Below are positions 28,255 to 42,954 of a stretch of DNA of 64,000 nt, one piece after another. The DNA comes from Eledone cirrhosa (lineage: Eukaryota): assembly GCA_964016885.1 (NCBI GenBank), contig OZ024742.1, positions 131,006,001-131,070,000 of the forward strand. The letters run 5' to 3'. The position numbers and the translations under genes were made by a program. Under the pieces are notes generated by a model. The model made no database searches. It saw only the letters and a program-made list of their open reading frames with translations, and was not told the origin of the DNA. The stretch's first letter is position 1, and every line of letters begins with the position of its first letter.

Positions 28255-29294
28255 TATATAAAATAAAGTATGTGTGTATGTCTGTGTGTCTGTGTATTAC
28301 CTATAGGGGCCTACATCTTACGACCGATTTTCATGAAACTTTGCGAGCTCATTGATTAGTCATCGGGGAGTGTTTGCTATATATATCAGCGTATCTTTTT
28401 TTTTTATTCCGGGGTCATTCTGCATATAAAAATCGATAGGTGGGTCACCTTTTTTTAGGTATCGAAAAATAAGATTTTTGGCTCTAGCTCCCACATTTTG
28501 CCACCGATTTCGTTCAAATTTTAAAGCAAAATAGAATTTATCATTACACATCCTGTAATTGCTTTATATTTTGCATTTGTTGTTCAGAGACGGCGTGGAA
28601 GCCGCTTAAATATTAAAAAATACCACTTTTAGACTTAAATTTCCACATTTTCGGCTCTAGCTCCCACATTAATCAACCTATTTTGTTCAAATTTTACACT
28701 ACGCTAGATCTGATTATTTCACGTCTTAAAATGGCTTTACATTTTGGATTTTTTGTTCAGGAACGGCGTGGCAGCCGCTTAAATATTCGAAAATACCACC
28801 TTTTCGCCTAAATTTCCGCCTTTTCGGCTCTCGCTCCCACATTTTTCAACCGATTTCGTTTAAATTCGAAACTTCGGCCCCACCTCACACATAAATCGGT
28901 TTATTTAGTTCAACTTTTATACTACGATAGAACCTATCATTAGCTCCCACCTTTTTCAACCGATTTCGTTCAAATTCGAAACTTCGGCTCCACCTCACAC
29001 ATAAATCAATTTATTTGGTTCAACTTTTATACTATGATAGAACCTATCATTGCACATCTTATAGTAGCTTTACACTTTGTATTTTTTTTTCAGGGACGGC
29101 GTGGCAGCCGTTTAACTCTTCAAAATACGATTTTTTCCACCTCCCACATATTCCATACGATTTCACTCAACATTTCGCCATTTGCTACACCTTACGACCG
29201 ATTTTCAAAAAACTCGCAGTCGCTAAGATCAACACCTTTTCATCAAAGCAGATATTATTTTACCTACCCAGGCAACGCTGGGTACTGCTGCTAG
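28255..29294 (+). mobile_element. Non-autonomous Helitron with internal subrepeats
   Basis: 3' hairpin cccaggcaacgctggg then tactgctgCTAG|t. Recurrent ggctctagctcccaca...ccgatttcgttcaaatt blocks. Confidence 0.8.
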
Positions 29295-29420
29295 TATATA
29301 TATAAATCTATATCTATTTATCTATATATTTATCAATATATCAGCCTATCTCTGTCTTTCCTTCCCTCTCTCCCCCTCCCTCCTCTCTCTCTCTATATAT
29401 ATATGTAAGTATATATATAT

Positions 29421-29486
<66 letters not shown>

Positions 29487-29881
29487 CATCTAGAAAAACA
29501 AATAGAGAGAAAGAAAGAAAGAATTATAATATTCTCAAGAGAGAAAGAACAAAAACAACAATAACAACATATTTCTGCAGAGCAAATGATACTAATAATA
29601 CGAATATACCTTGTTCAATGATCAATAATGCTATCTCGTTTAATTTGGTGTGCATAAAAATCTACATTGACACTGAGAGATATTTTTGAATGAACGTCTC
29701 CAAGATGAACGGAAAAGTCCAACTTAGCAAAGATACCTTTATCGATAATAATACTGCCACCGTATACAGATTTTCTTGCGTGTCTACAAATACAAATTCA
29801 GGAAGGAAAATAGAAAAAGTCTAATTTACTTTCAATCATATAATGAGACAAGGCGAAGATAAAATATGTATTGCAAATATG

Positions 29882-29931
<50 letters not shown>

Positions 29932-30130
29932 ACCTGTTTACCCCCATTTTAATTTCAGTTTATTTTGATCATGCCTCTATTTTTAAATTTTCTCATTCCT
30001 TGTATTTTGATCATGCTTTATTTTTATTTTTTTATTTTTATTTGTTTTTTTCATTCGCACCGTTTCCTTTCGCTATATGTCTCTCCACCACTCCCCTACA
30101 CACCTTTTGAACTCTGTTCCCACACACTTC

Positions 30131-30164
30131 TCACCTGAGGAAGGGCTTATGCCCGAAACGTCGT
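30131..30164 (+). ncRNA. Minimal type I hammerhead ribozyme
   Basis: ac-CTGAGGA-a gggc ttat gccc-GAAAC-GTC|gt, with palindromic stem III ACGT. Same family at 59395-59425 (minus). Confidence 0.75.
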
Positions 30165-30384
30165 CCCCCACTTACCCCCCACTCTCCTGAGCGTGAAATT
30201 AATAAACATTTATTGTACTGCCTCTCTGTTTTGTCCCTGTTCAAATTTTTCCATTATATATATATATATATATATATATGTATACACGCACACATACAAA
30301 TATTCTGAATAATATATATATATATATGAGGGATAGCACAATCAACCATACGCGGTCACCTTTGTTTTTTTTATTCTTCTCATG

Positions 30385-30434
30385 ACAGGCTGAAGAAATT
30401 GGGGCCCAGAACCCAACGAAACTTGAGTATCTGT
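30385..30434 (+). ncRNA. Type I hammerhead ribozyme
   Basis: acagg-CTGAAGA-aa ttggg gcccagaa cccaa c-GAAAC-TTGA-GTA|tctgt. Confidence 0.78.
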
Positions 30435-30448
30435 TTATGTCACTGTTG

Positions 30449-30508
<60 letters not shown>

Positions 30509-30544
30509 AAAATATATATACATACATACGCACACACATATGTA

Positions 30545-31100
30545 GACCCTCCTAGGCCGGTGAAATTGACGCAAGTGATGTGTCTCTTGTATATTTAAAA
30601 GCCCATGGCTGCAGGATAAACACACATAGGCTAGGATTTCCAGAAAGCCAACACTATGTGAAAAAGCATAAATCTGTCCATATAGGTGATCGTGATACAA
30701 AAGACAATTTGATCTCCCCAATTAGGGCTGGTTCCAGACCAGCCTGCTCTGACAGGCAAAATGGAGTGTAATTGTAGTAGACAAGACAGAGTGAAGGGAC
30801 TTCGTGTATGTGGACCAGACGTTTGAATGTAACCACTTGCTGTGTAGTTGAGTGGTATTTGTTTGGATGAGGATTTGGCTGTCTGCAAGTCTGGGTCCCA
30901 CAGAAGCTTCGTAAAGGTTTAATAGTTGTATGAGACTGAATTATTTTACGGCTTTGAAAGGGCGGCCAATCTTCATAATGCAACCATTGTCATGTTGATG
31001 ATATGAGGTTGTTAGAAACGATACTTAATGATGGTGGGATTTATCATTGTTAGTGACCTGGTGGTTTCTGTTGTGCGTTGTTCATGTTTATTCTTTTATT
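30545..31100 (-). mobile_element. Highly decayed possible PLE GIY-YIG 3' region
   Basis: FLEILAYVCL...LLNIQET resembles the LEAxxI...PxLNxQ terminus. Otherwise weak. Confidence 0.3.
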
Positions 31101-32026
31101 GATACATTAACTGTTGAAGACTTGGGAGACGTTTTCAAGGTTTCTGTTTGTGGAATCAGGTTTGATTTGAGGTGTTTAAGATGCATTTGGATGACACTTG
31201 ACATTGCATATAGATGACGATGAATAATTATATGCAAGAAACAGATAAGTGCTTTGTTGATATCAAGTGCAACAAAAGTGTTTTAACGAATTTCTCAATT
31301 GTTTAAATAAATAATTATATCGTCCTAGCTTGAGGTATATAGTTTGTAATGCGAAGAAATACCTATGATGGCTAGTAGACCACTGATGATGGCTATTCCT
31401 GGCTTCTATTTTTAATTCTTCATTCATATATGCTTTCCCCTTCGCTGTGACCTGTCTTTTTCTCTTCACTTACTGCTATCTTCTTTCTCTCTCCCCCTTC
31501 TCTCTCGTTCTCCCTCTTACTTTCACTCACCCTCTCTCGACTAGCCTCTTCCTCACGCTTTCACTCACTCACTCTCTGCTACTCACCCTCTCTCTCACTT
31601 CCTCCATCGTCCCACACCGTACGAGATTCTTTTCTCGCTCACATCCGCACGGCCAAGATGTGTCTTTGCCTTCTCGTCAATATTCCCAAGTTCTTATGTT
31701 CAAAATGAATCATTGACTTGATTTTCTCATTTTTTTCCTCTCTTTACGTTGCCTCACCATTCGTGTTTGTTTACCTGTCTCTCTTTCTCCACCCAACTCT
31801 TTTTATCCCAATAACTTAATTTAGTTATTGTATGGCCCTAGCTTGAGGTATATGATCTGTAATGCGAAGCAATACCTATCATGGCTAGTAGACCACTGAT
31901 GATGGATAGTCCTGGCTTCTATTTCTAATTCTTCATTTATTATATATATCATATATGCAACAACACAGCTCGCCATTTTTCATTCATATATAAATAAGTA
32001 GTAACACAACAGTTAGTTCACCATAC

Positions 32027-32065
32027 CGAGAACAATTGCTTCACCTTATACGGATCTTCAGCTCG
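32027..32065 (-). ncRNA. Hammerhead motif, mutated (same family as 62412)
   Basis: Reverse strand: cgag-CTGAAGA-tccgtataaggt-GAAgC-AATT-GTT|ctcg. Confidence 0.6.
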
Positions 32066-32213
32066 TATATATATACATATATATATATATATATGAATGT
32101 ATGTATAGTATATTTGGCAATATACTGTATGTTTAATTAAAAACATTTAGAAGACCATTCGCTATGAGTTTTAAAGTCGTGACTTACTTACTTATTCTCG
32201 GCAAAAACAACAC

Positions 32214-32270
<57 letters not shown>

Positions 32271-32273
<3 letters not shown>

Positions 32274-32650
32274 TCTTGTGACGCTAAACTCCGTCAGTTG
32301 CAGGCTGCGCATTAACATGCGATATCTTTCTCCACAAAGTTCGATCACCAGCAGCAGATTTCAAAGAGCAAAATCAAGTCCACTCCATGAATTGACATAG
32401 TCAAGCCATCGTTTTGGCTGCCGGCCCCTGCTTATCCTACCAGCCAACCTTCCTTCCAGACATAACCTACTCACACCACATGTTGATCTTTTTATATGGC
32501 CGTATAGTTTGAGTACTCTTGACTTGACAGTTGATGTAATTGGTCTAAGTTTGGTAATGTTGAGCAGCTCACTGATACAGATACGGTCGCTGAGCTGCTT
32601 ACCAGTCATAAGTTTCATGATGTGGATCTGGAATGTAGAGAGCTTCTGAA
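32271..32650 (-). mobile_element. RTE-clade LINE 3' end
   Basis: LKLYGHIKRS...LEGRLAGRISRGRQPKRWLD. Ends gcgtcacaagaag at (TA)n. Second copy at 60785-61113 (plus). Confidence 0.8.
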
Positions 32651-33441
32651 GTCACCTTATTATATATATAATTATTTATTTAATTTATTGCATATTGGCA
32701 GAGTCATTAGGGCAGTGAATTAATATTGCGCCTCAGTATTTGTTCTGTATCACTGTACTATGAAATCTAATCTCTCCGATATAAATTTACTTTTCATATT
32801 TTGAGGTCGATAAATAAAGTACTGGTCCATACTGGAGATGATTTTTCTCTTTCTCTAGAATAAACCGGCCAGGTTCTGAAATCTGAAAACGGTAGGTTCT
32901 GCGAAATTTAGAAATGCCTAAGATAGGCCATATGTCATGACGATGCCTCTATGACTTCACCAAGTGTTAGGCCTTTCCATCCTCTAACTAATACGACATA
33001 TACCCGGACTTTTATCTAAGATCCATGTATTGTGTCTACTCTTATCACGGTAATATACTATATAGTCTGAAGCTGGGACTATCGATATAGAAGAGATTCC
33101 TTTAGGTAGAGAGTTAAGGGCTCGCTCCAATCTTGCCACGGTAACATACTCGTATTGTAGTTATTTCAATGTGTAGCCAATAATAAAATAAGCCAACGGG
33201 GCTAAAATATGGGACAGATTATGGTCGGCCGACCTGCTAAAATTAACAGCAAAATCTCTCTCAAATCTCATTCTACTCTCTCTTAAAACAGTAAAGTACA
33301 CATTATATAATATACATGTATGGCATGCATGGCCCTTAATTCTTAATGGTGTCGTAGAGTTACTGTAGTGATAGGGCATTTCAACCTGTTGGGTCTCAAC
33401 TCGCTCCATGTCTAAATACAACATATTTCTCCCAGTGAAGG

Positions 33442-33483
<42 letters not shown>

Positions 33484-35219
33484 GGACAGAGAGAGTCGCT
33501 CCCTGTGCTTAACTGCTATATAATTGATCAACCTCAAAAGAATAAAGAATAAAATTAATGTCAGAGCGTAGACCGCTGGAACTGCTAAGCATTCTACCCG
33601 ACGCTCTAACGACTCAGTCAATTCGCCGCCTATACTATACAGTGTAGTCAGATATATACCCGTATAAAGATGAGATGATTACAGATGGAATGTTTTTCGG
33701 CGCATGTGTGAGAATTGACCTAGGGCTAAAGACCTAGGACTAAACACTGACAACGACATATCATTTTTCAGTCTGTACTTTCCCCCCTGCTAGCTTATCT
33801 ACTCTACTATCACAGACAAAGAAAACTAAATACATCTGATATTAAAAAACATAATAATTTAAGCTCGGTAGTCCAAGTATCTGCTGTCATAATCAATCTA
33901 TTGTGGTCTGGCATAAATACCAGAAGTAGTGTTTCTCCTTTTTATAGTAATACTAGGTAACAAAGTAAAAAAGATGCCCATATCTATTTCGATTCAGTGG
34001 ATTACTGATATGATAAGCTTCAAGTTATATAATTCTTGATATATTTACTAATGGTCGATACTTTAGTTGTTGTTAACTGACTAAACTTAGACTCACTACA
34101 AATACTGTTGTTATTGTAGATAATGTTCGTGGGTAGTGTTCGTGCTACAGTTGTTGTTGTTGCTTTAGTTGTCACACTTAGTTCTGGTGTAACTTTTATA
34201 ACGTTTGCTACTGCTGTTGTTGTTGTTGTTATTATTTTTTTGACTAATGTTACATGTTGGTGTTGTTGCTGCTGTTATTAATATTGTTCTTATTGTTATA
34301 ACTAGTACATTTTTATTGCTGTCAGGATTAAAGCTGCTAGGAAGTAGTGTATAAATATGTGTGAGATTTATAATCTCACACAAAATAATATATAATTTCC
34401 TCTACATTCTTTCTAAGTAAATCATTCATCAAATTTGATGACTAGCAAATAATATTGGAGTTATCTTTTCCTTTATAATTGAGCAAACATAGACATGATA
34501 ACTTGTATATATGATAAATTATATAATTTCGCTAAATTAACAATATTCTGAAAACATTTTCAATGTTGGAACAAAACATTTGAATCTACAAATTGTTCTC
34601 CTCTTACAACTTGAACTACGTCTTTTTCTTAAATATTTATGTAAAACGTAAAATCAACATCCTTCGTAACTCATATGAGAAATATAAACAATTAATACAT
34701 GTGGTTTATTTCTATAAAATCACCAGTAATACTTATACTTGCATACTTGCACAATTATTAATCTGTATAGATATTTATATACTTAGAACCTGTTGCAATG
34801 TAATAAGATAAAATGTACTTACAACCATAATTCTTCATATAATCTAATTGATTATATATATAATATTATAACTCATAATATAGCTAAATAATTTTTTAGA
34901 TTCTGGAATCATATTCCACCATTCCTACAAACTGTTAATTCTTTTTAAATTCACATAAATACAAGCTTTTCTTTCTTTCTCTTTCTTCTTCCTACACATA
35001 CATATATATATATACCCTAATTATTATTTAAATCTACCCAGCATCTAAAAATAACTTTTTTTTTCAGCCCTATACCTCAACTCATTTGCATACTCATCTT
35101 AATAATTTGAAATATCTGACTTTCGTTCTCTTTCCCCTCTTTCCTTTTACTATCCAGGAAAAACTTGAACCGTTAAGATCTTCTTCCTGGATATGTCAAT
35201 ATTTATAAAGCAAACTTTG

Positions 35220-35280
35220 TATTTCGTCTGATGAGAGCGTACCAAAGTTTTGGTACCCTTGAAATATATATAATAGAATA
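35220..35280 (+). ncRNA. Type I hammerhead ribozyme (module 35150-35400, duplicated at 63315-63575)
   Basis: CTGATGA-gagcgtacc aaagtttt ggtaccctt-GAAA-TATATA-TA|atagaata. Confidence 0.72.
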
Positions 35281-35402
35281 AATATGGTTTTATAAATATA
35301 GTTTCCATTTTGATATTATACTCCAGAAAACTTGCTGAGTGCTTCGAATCAGTTATAAACATATATATTTGTTGATTTACCAACAAATTAAATATCCCTT
35401 TT

Positions 35403-35637
<235 letters not shown>

Positions 35638-35899
35638 GGAAAATGTGTGAAATCCTTGGTACAGTTAGGTATATTTGGAAAAAGGAAAAGAATGACTTCA
35701 CTTGTAGTTCTAAACAATTGAATTTTATATTATATTTTTACTATTTGGTTCTGTAGATCTAGTAAGTTCTTTTTTAACTTCGGTGGGAAGACTTTTTAAA
35801 AGATTCCTGGTTAACTTTCCTGGAGAACTTTCTCGCGTTCGTCGGTGGCGATTGTCAAACTGACCTCAGTTGAATGACGAGGGTTTTTACAGGAAAATC

Positions 35900-37660
35900 A
35901 GCAAAGGCGAAGAAAGAAAATCGATGATTCAAGTAGGTAAACTGACGACAAAGTACCAAAATAACCTCACGCCAAAGGAAATCAATTACTTAACCAACTT
36001 TGAAATGAAAACCAGCAATTTTTATGTCGTTCACTAATCCAGAGAAATCCAAAAACAACATAAAAGGCAAAAATACATCATATGTCGAAGTACCAAAACC
36101 GACAGATTTAAAATTACGCCCAATTGTTGTTGGTCTAGCCTCAAGCACACAGCGTCTAAGTAATCTATTAGACATCATACTGAAACATTTATGTAAAAAA
36201 GTGCCAAGCTTCATCAGAGATGATATGGAATTCCTGAACTATATCGCCCAGAATGTACACTAAGAAACAATCTTAGTCAGCTTTGAAGTAACAAGCTTAT
36301 ATACTAACATGCCACACTGCTTAGGAATTATTGAAGCTGTTGACTTCTGGATTACAAAACAACCAGATTACATTTCAGAGAGTTTCCCAAAAGAGATTAT
36401 TTTGGAAGGACTCAAATTAGTATTGGAGAACAACCACTTCCCTTTTGATAACGAAGTGTATTTATAAGTAAAAGGAACAACCATGGGTACCAAAGTAGCC
36501 CCAACATATGCAACACTCGTTATGGGTCACCTAGAAGCAAAATTATTTTTGTTACCTAGAGGCAACATTTCCCAGCTGCAGGAAACGTTCAGTCACGACT
36601 TCGCCTCCTACATTAATTACAACTGGAAACGTTTCCTAGACGACTGTTTCATCTTCTGGAATAGAAGCCAATAAGACCTGCAAAGATTCCATTCCAACAT
36701 AAACAGGCTTCACGAAGCAATACAATTTACTATGGAATGTCATAAAAGAGGAACTACCGTTTCTGGATATCCTTGTCATTAAAGAAGGGAAAATATCAAA
36801 ACAGACCTTATTTACAAACCAACAGACACACACCAATACTTGAATTTCCGATCAGCGCACCCCTCACATACCAAAAGGAACATTCCCTTTAACATGGCAA
36901 GACACATTTGTACCATAGTAACACACCTTACACTACAGGAAAAATATTATATGAACTAAAAGGGTTCCTTAAAAGACAAGAATATTCGATGAACCTCATC
37001 AACACAGCCATCTCCAAAGCCCAGAACATCCCAGTGACAACATTGAGAAAAAGAAACCAACAAAATAAAAGGGAAAAAAAAGTTATCTCTTTTGTCATCA
37101 CTCACAATCCAAGGAACTTCAGCATTAGCCGCTAAACAATATATCCCGATTCTCCAGCAGTCCCCTAAAATTAATGCACTCATAAAAGACGCACAAATAA
37201 TATATAGTAGACGCCAAGCACCCAACTTAAAAAAACTGCTTACCAAGGCAAAATTTACGTCTAATAATGAAGCAATGCAAGTTAAGAAATGCGGGGATCC
37301 CCGATGCGGAACTTGTGAATACATTGAAGAGGGTGGGCAAATCTCCTTTAAAAACAATCAGATTTTCAAAGTTAATGCAAACATGAATTGAAAAACAAAT
37401 AAACTTAATTTACTGTACAACCTGCCCACAATGTAAAGAATTGGAGAAACCGGACCGGGTCTACATAAAAAACAAATTAGAGACCCCCTTCAGTCAGAAA
37501 CACCACATGCAGTGAACACTTCGCAAAATGCGGAAAGGGAAAATTCACAATCTTCCCCTTCTTTAAGATATGGTCGGACAACGAACATTTCCGGAAATAT
37601 AAAGAAGAATTCTTCATTAGAAATAGAAAGTACAAACCGCTACTGAACACAAAGAAATGA
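35900..37660 (+). mobile_element. Degenerate Penelope-like element (Neptune-like): RT, Cys linker and GIY-YIG
   Basis: LKLRPIV, LVSFEVTSLYTN, MGTKVAPTYA, WKRFLDDCF, LPFLDI, YKPTDTHQYL, KCGDPRCGTC, IGETG. Multiple stops and frameshifts. Confidence 0.93.
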
Positions 37661-37664
37661 TATT

Positions 37665-38181
37665 CCATCTTTTTTTTATTGAAAAAAGAAAAATATCCAA
37701 ATAGAAGTGGATGACACCCACACTTTCAAACATTCGATCGTCAAAGAGAAGAACAACCATCGGAGGTACACTACCATTTCAGTAGTCTCCCCGCCCAATA
37801 TATATATGTGAACTTAAATACTCGAGTAGATATGTATACATATGTGTGTGTAGATATCTATGTATGTATATGTGTATGTATTTAGTTGAAACATAAATTC
37901 CCATCGTTTTTTTTATTAAGAAGTTTCATAACAACGGCGGGATTGTATGTTACAACCCAATATGTATGCATATATGTATATATATATATATATATAAAAA
38001 GTAGAGTTGAGATGGAGGGTCTGTGGTTTTTCTCACATCAGATGTGAGAAAAACCACAGACCCTCCATCTCAACTCTACTTTTGAAAAGCAGAAGAACTG
38101 CGAAACCGGTAAAGGAACCAAATAAATATATATATATTTTTTAAAAATAAGACTCAGTTGCATTTTTGATTTCATCTCTTT

Positions 38182-38233
<52 letters not shown>

Positions 38234-38243
38234 GATGTGAGAA

Positions 38244-38284
<41 letters not shown>

Positions 38285-38491
38285 AATGTGAGAAAAACCA
38301 CAGACCCTCCATCTCAACTCTACTTTTTAAAACCAGAAGAACTGCGAAACCGGTAAAGGAACCAAATAAATATATATATTAAAAAAAAAAATAAGACTCC
38401 AGTTGCATTTTCGATTTCATCTCTTTTTCTTTATACTTTCACTCGTGTAGGAGACCTAGGTTATTTTTCAATTTGTAAAAAAAACCCTCAC

Positions 38492-38529
<38 letters not shown>

Positions 38530-38734
38530 ATACTTTCGGAGGGTCATGTTGCCAATAAGAAACACACGCACCAGATGTTTCATTTCAATTTATTATAATA
38601 AATTGAAATGAAAGCAACTGGTGCGTGTGTTTCTTATTGGCAACATGACCTTCCCAAAGTATAACAATATCGGTTTCAACACACGTTTTCAGATAAAGAA
38701 TCTTGCTAAACAAATTCAGAAACGATATATATAT

Positions 38735-38792
<58 letters not shown>

Positions 38793-39414
38793 ATACTTGG
38801 GGAGGGTCATATTTGTGTAATAATATTGCCAGAATTAATAACAGAACACACTTACTGTTTGGTTGGTTTTCGCTTCTGTGTCTTTTATACCGGTTAATTT
38901 AATTTATTCGGTCCTCAATGTTGCCATTGACTGACCAACGGTAAAAAATACAGATACAATATCGACACAAACACATATATATAGTCTATCAAAGTTCTTT
39001 CGTTGCATATCTGCATCATCGTCAGTGTTGCTATTATGTTTCCTCCCGTTGTATTGTATGCTTACGCCATCTTTATTTAGTCTGTTTATTTATTTGTTTA
39101 TTTTTTTGTCTTCTCTGCGCATGCGTTTGCGTGTGTGTATAGTGTTTTGTTTGACGTGTGTTCTTGTTTGGGTGCGAAAACCAACCAATATAAAAAGATG
39201 TGCAACGAAAGAACTTTGATAGACTATATATATGTGTTTGTGTCTATATTGTATCTGTATTTTTGACCTTTGGTCAGTCAATGGCAACATTGAGGATCGA
39301 ATAAATTAAATTAACCGATATAAAAGACAAGAAGCAAAAACCAACCAAACAGTGAGCGTGTTCTGTTATTAAATCTGGCAATATTATTACACAACTGTGA
39401 CCCTCCCCAAGTAT

Positions 39415-39498
<84 letters not shown>

Positions 39499-39499
39499 G

Positions 39500-39583
<84 letters not shown>

Positions 39584-40170
39584 TATATACATATATGCAT
39601 ACATATTGGGTTGTAACATACAATCCTGCCGTTGTTATGAAACTTCTTAATAAAAGAAAAACGATGGGAATTTATGTTACAACTAAATACATACACATAT
39701 ACATACATAGATATCTACACACACATATGTATACATATCTACTCGAGTATTTAAGTTCACATATATATTGGGCGGGGAGATTACTGAAATGGTAGTGTAC
39801 CTCCGATGGTTGTTCTTCTCTTTGACGAACGAATGTTTGAAAGTGTGGGTGTCATCCACTTCTATTTGGATATTTTTCTTTTTCAATAAAAAAAGATGTG
39901 CAACGAAAGAACTTTGATAGACTATATATATGTGTTTGTGTCTATATTGTATCTGTATTTTTGACCTTTGGTCAGTCAATGGCAACATTGAGGATCGAAT
40001 AAATTAAATTAACCGATATAAAAGACACAGAAGCGAAAACCAACCAAACAGTGAGTGTGTTCTGTTATTAATTCTGGCAATATTATTACACAAATATGAC
40101 CCTCCTCAAGTATAACAATATTTGTTTCGACACACGATTTCATATCAAAAACCTCGCAAAACTAATATAT
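37665..40170. repeat. Cluster of nested fold-backs separated by (TA)n
   Basis: 37670-37980 is inverted at 39590-39890. Palindromes at 37997-38083 and 38522-38670. Inverted arms at 38786-39008 and 39199-39420, with a third copy at 39893-40120. Confidence 0.9.
38988..39030 (-). ncRNA. Hammerhead motif
   Basis: Reverse strand: ca-CTGACGA-tga tgca gata tgca ac-GAAAG-AA-CTT|tg. Homologs at 53773-53813 (minus) and 63716-63758 (plus). Confidence 0.6.
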
Positions 40171-40524
40171 ATATATATATATATATATAAATATATACAT
40201 ATATATAGAAAAAATGAAATTTCATTTCTCACTCTTAGTAGGGCTGATACTTAAATATAAGTATGTCTACGTACATACATATATGTATACAGACGTACAG
40301 TAGTATGTATATACATACATACATGCACACATATATATATGTACGTATGGGTTTACCGAACATTTATTATAATGTCCTTATGCATATTAATGGCTGAGCA
40401 GCCTAATTTGCATATCGAGTGAATTAGTCGGGCGGGTGTAGCGAAAACGATAAATAGAAAAAATGAAATTTCATTTTTCACTCTCAGTACGGCTGATACT
40501 TAAATATAAGTATGTATACGTACA

Positions 40525-41135
40525 TGGTGGCTGCCAACTCGTTTTCGAGTACGGCCACTACTTTATATCCATGTAGGAGAACCCCTACCGATGGGCTGAA
40601 GGAGTGTGACTTTTCAGTCCAGTCAGCGACTTGAAAACTCTGGTACAAACACTACACTTGTGACAATTATTGACACATAGTGCTGGGCCCATGGTACCAT
40701 GTGACGACAAGTGCAGAGAGATCTCCTGATATAAAGCAATGCCTGTGCCGTTAAGCTTTTATAGTGAGCAAAGGCACTGCACAAAGCCAGTCCCACTCTC
40801 TTAACCAAGATGATATTTACCAAAAAGAAGAACAAGTCAACATCATTGGATACCATCAGGGTTGCAGGTGTTATATCAGAGTTTTCCTTCTCCTTCTCCT
40901 AAAATTCTGCCTTGACAAAGGCTAAGGGGTCATCTCTCCCGGTGATTTGGATGGCCATTGACTCTTAAGAGCTCCTTTTCCCTTTGACAGGTTTTGTTTT
41001 TAGTCCTGCAGGATGTCAAAAGTCACCCTCCTCACCAAGAAACCGTGGTGGGGTTGCCAGTTTAGGCGCCAACGATCCGACCATGAGACAGATTGTACTG
41101 GGATACATGTTACCAGTAGCACCAACTGGTGACCT
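40525..41135. mobile_element. Dispersed repeat (inverted copy 48965-49392 inside (TATG)n; diverged copy about 57340-57700)
   Basis: About 420 bp of direct reverse-complement identity, reflected in near-identical ORFs 40623- and 49062+. Confidence 0.8.
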
Positions 41136-41630
41136 GACATAAATGTATATATAAATGTATACGTACATACATATATGTATACAGACGTACAGTAGTATGT
41201 ATATACATACATGCACATACACACACACACATATATATATATATATATGTACGTATTAATATTCGAAAAACTCAGATTATTGTATTCAGCCATGTAGAGT
41301 GATACATTACTTGTTATCTGTTACTGATACGTTTTATCAAGATAATCGCCAGACATGCGCACAAGCACACACAAACGTCCAAACACACACCACATACCTG
41401 AACACACATTCTGTAATAAGATGTATGTATACTCCCGAATTTTTTTATATTAAAATTGCTTAAAAGTGGCAATAAAAAACATGCACGTGTGACTTTATAG
41501 GGAGCACGACTCTCCCCAAGTATAACAATAGTCACTACCATCCTCTCCAGTCTGTCTTAATTCACCCTCCTGAATTAATGCCCCCACGAGTCATCCTCTT
41601 TTGTACTGTCTCTGCTATTGGATGTTTGTT

Positions 41631-41677
41631 CTTGTCTGATGACCCTGTGATAAACTGCCGAAACTCCAGAGTAGCCC
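41631..41677 (+). ncRNA. Degenerate hammerhead motif
   Basis: CTGATGA...GAAACTC-CA-GAGTA. Good stem III but poor stems I and II. Confidence 0.4.
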
Positions 41678-41687
41678 TAATAAAATG

Positions 41688-41733
<46 letters not shown>

Positions 41734-41810
41734 AATATATGTGTAAATGAAGTAATTCTGTCGGAAAAGTCCAGGAAAAAAGAGTGCTCTGTGTAGGTAA
41801 CAGAGCTTAA

Positions 41811-42048
41811 TAGTTATGTAATAAACAACATAAGGCAATTATTCCATTTACCAGTGGTTTCTTAAAAGCAAAAAAATTGCTTTCAATCATGAGAATGAAA
41901 AAATCCTGGTCTGTTTATTGAATTTGGATTTTAAAAGCAAAAATGCAAACTATATGAAAGTGAGGCTGGAGAAAGAAGAAGGAAAGGAAAAATAAAATAA
42001 AAACACACATGCAAACACACACACACACATACACACAAAAGCATACAT

Positions 42049-42091
<43 letters not shown>

Positions 42092-42268
42092 CATACATAC
42101 ACTCATACATACACACACACATATACACATATATATGTGTATATAAATACACACATACACATACATATACACATACATACATACGAACATAAATATCAAC
42201 ACATCCATACATACACATACATATATACAACCACACACACATATATACACACATATATATATAGAAAC

Positions 42269-42317
<49 letters not shown>

Positions 42318-42751
42318 TATACATACACATACATAGCCATACACACATACATATACATACATACATACATGCACACAATCATACCTATATACACACGTAC
42401 ATACATACACATACATAAATGCATACATATCCATGTACAAAATTAGAAAAAATATATACACACACCTCTACATATTCACACACGCAAATAAATATAAGAA
42501 AAAAAAAATATATATAAAAAATAAAATCATAAAGACTATTATACAGTTGACAGCGATACAAACCACGAATATATGAACAGACACGCGTGGTAAGCAATAC
42601 ACACAAATGCACGTACACATACGTACGAAAAAGTAAATACATACACACACTTCTCACACATAAATATACATATACAAATACATAAACACATACATACGCA
42701 TACACAAATACATACACAAACACACACACACACACATATACACACACATAT

Positions 42752-42792
<41 letters not shown>

Positions 42793-42803
42793 CACACACA
42801 TAT

Positions 42804-42840
<37 letters not shown>

Positions 42841-42916
42841 CACACATACATACATAGCTATACAATTATACGCATACAAATACGTACGTATCACAAACAC
42901 GCACAACCAAATACAA

Positions 42917-42954
<38 letters not shown>

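Noticed and set aside
39815-39865. TTGACGA...GAAAGTG...CACTT HHR-like motif
   Set aside because: Stem I does not pair and stem II is poor.
41020-41060. CCTCCTC resembling the HDV ribozyme L3 loop
   Set aside because: It forms a simple hairpin, and no nested double pseudoknot was found.
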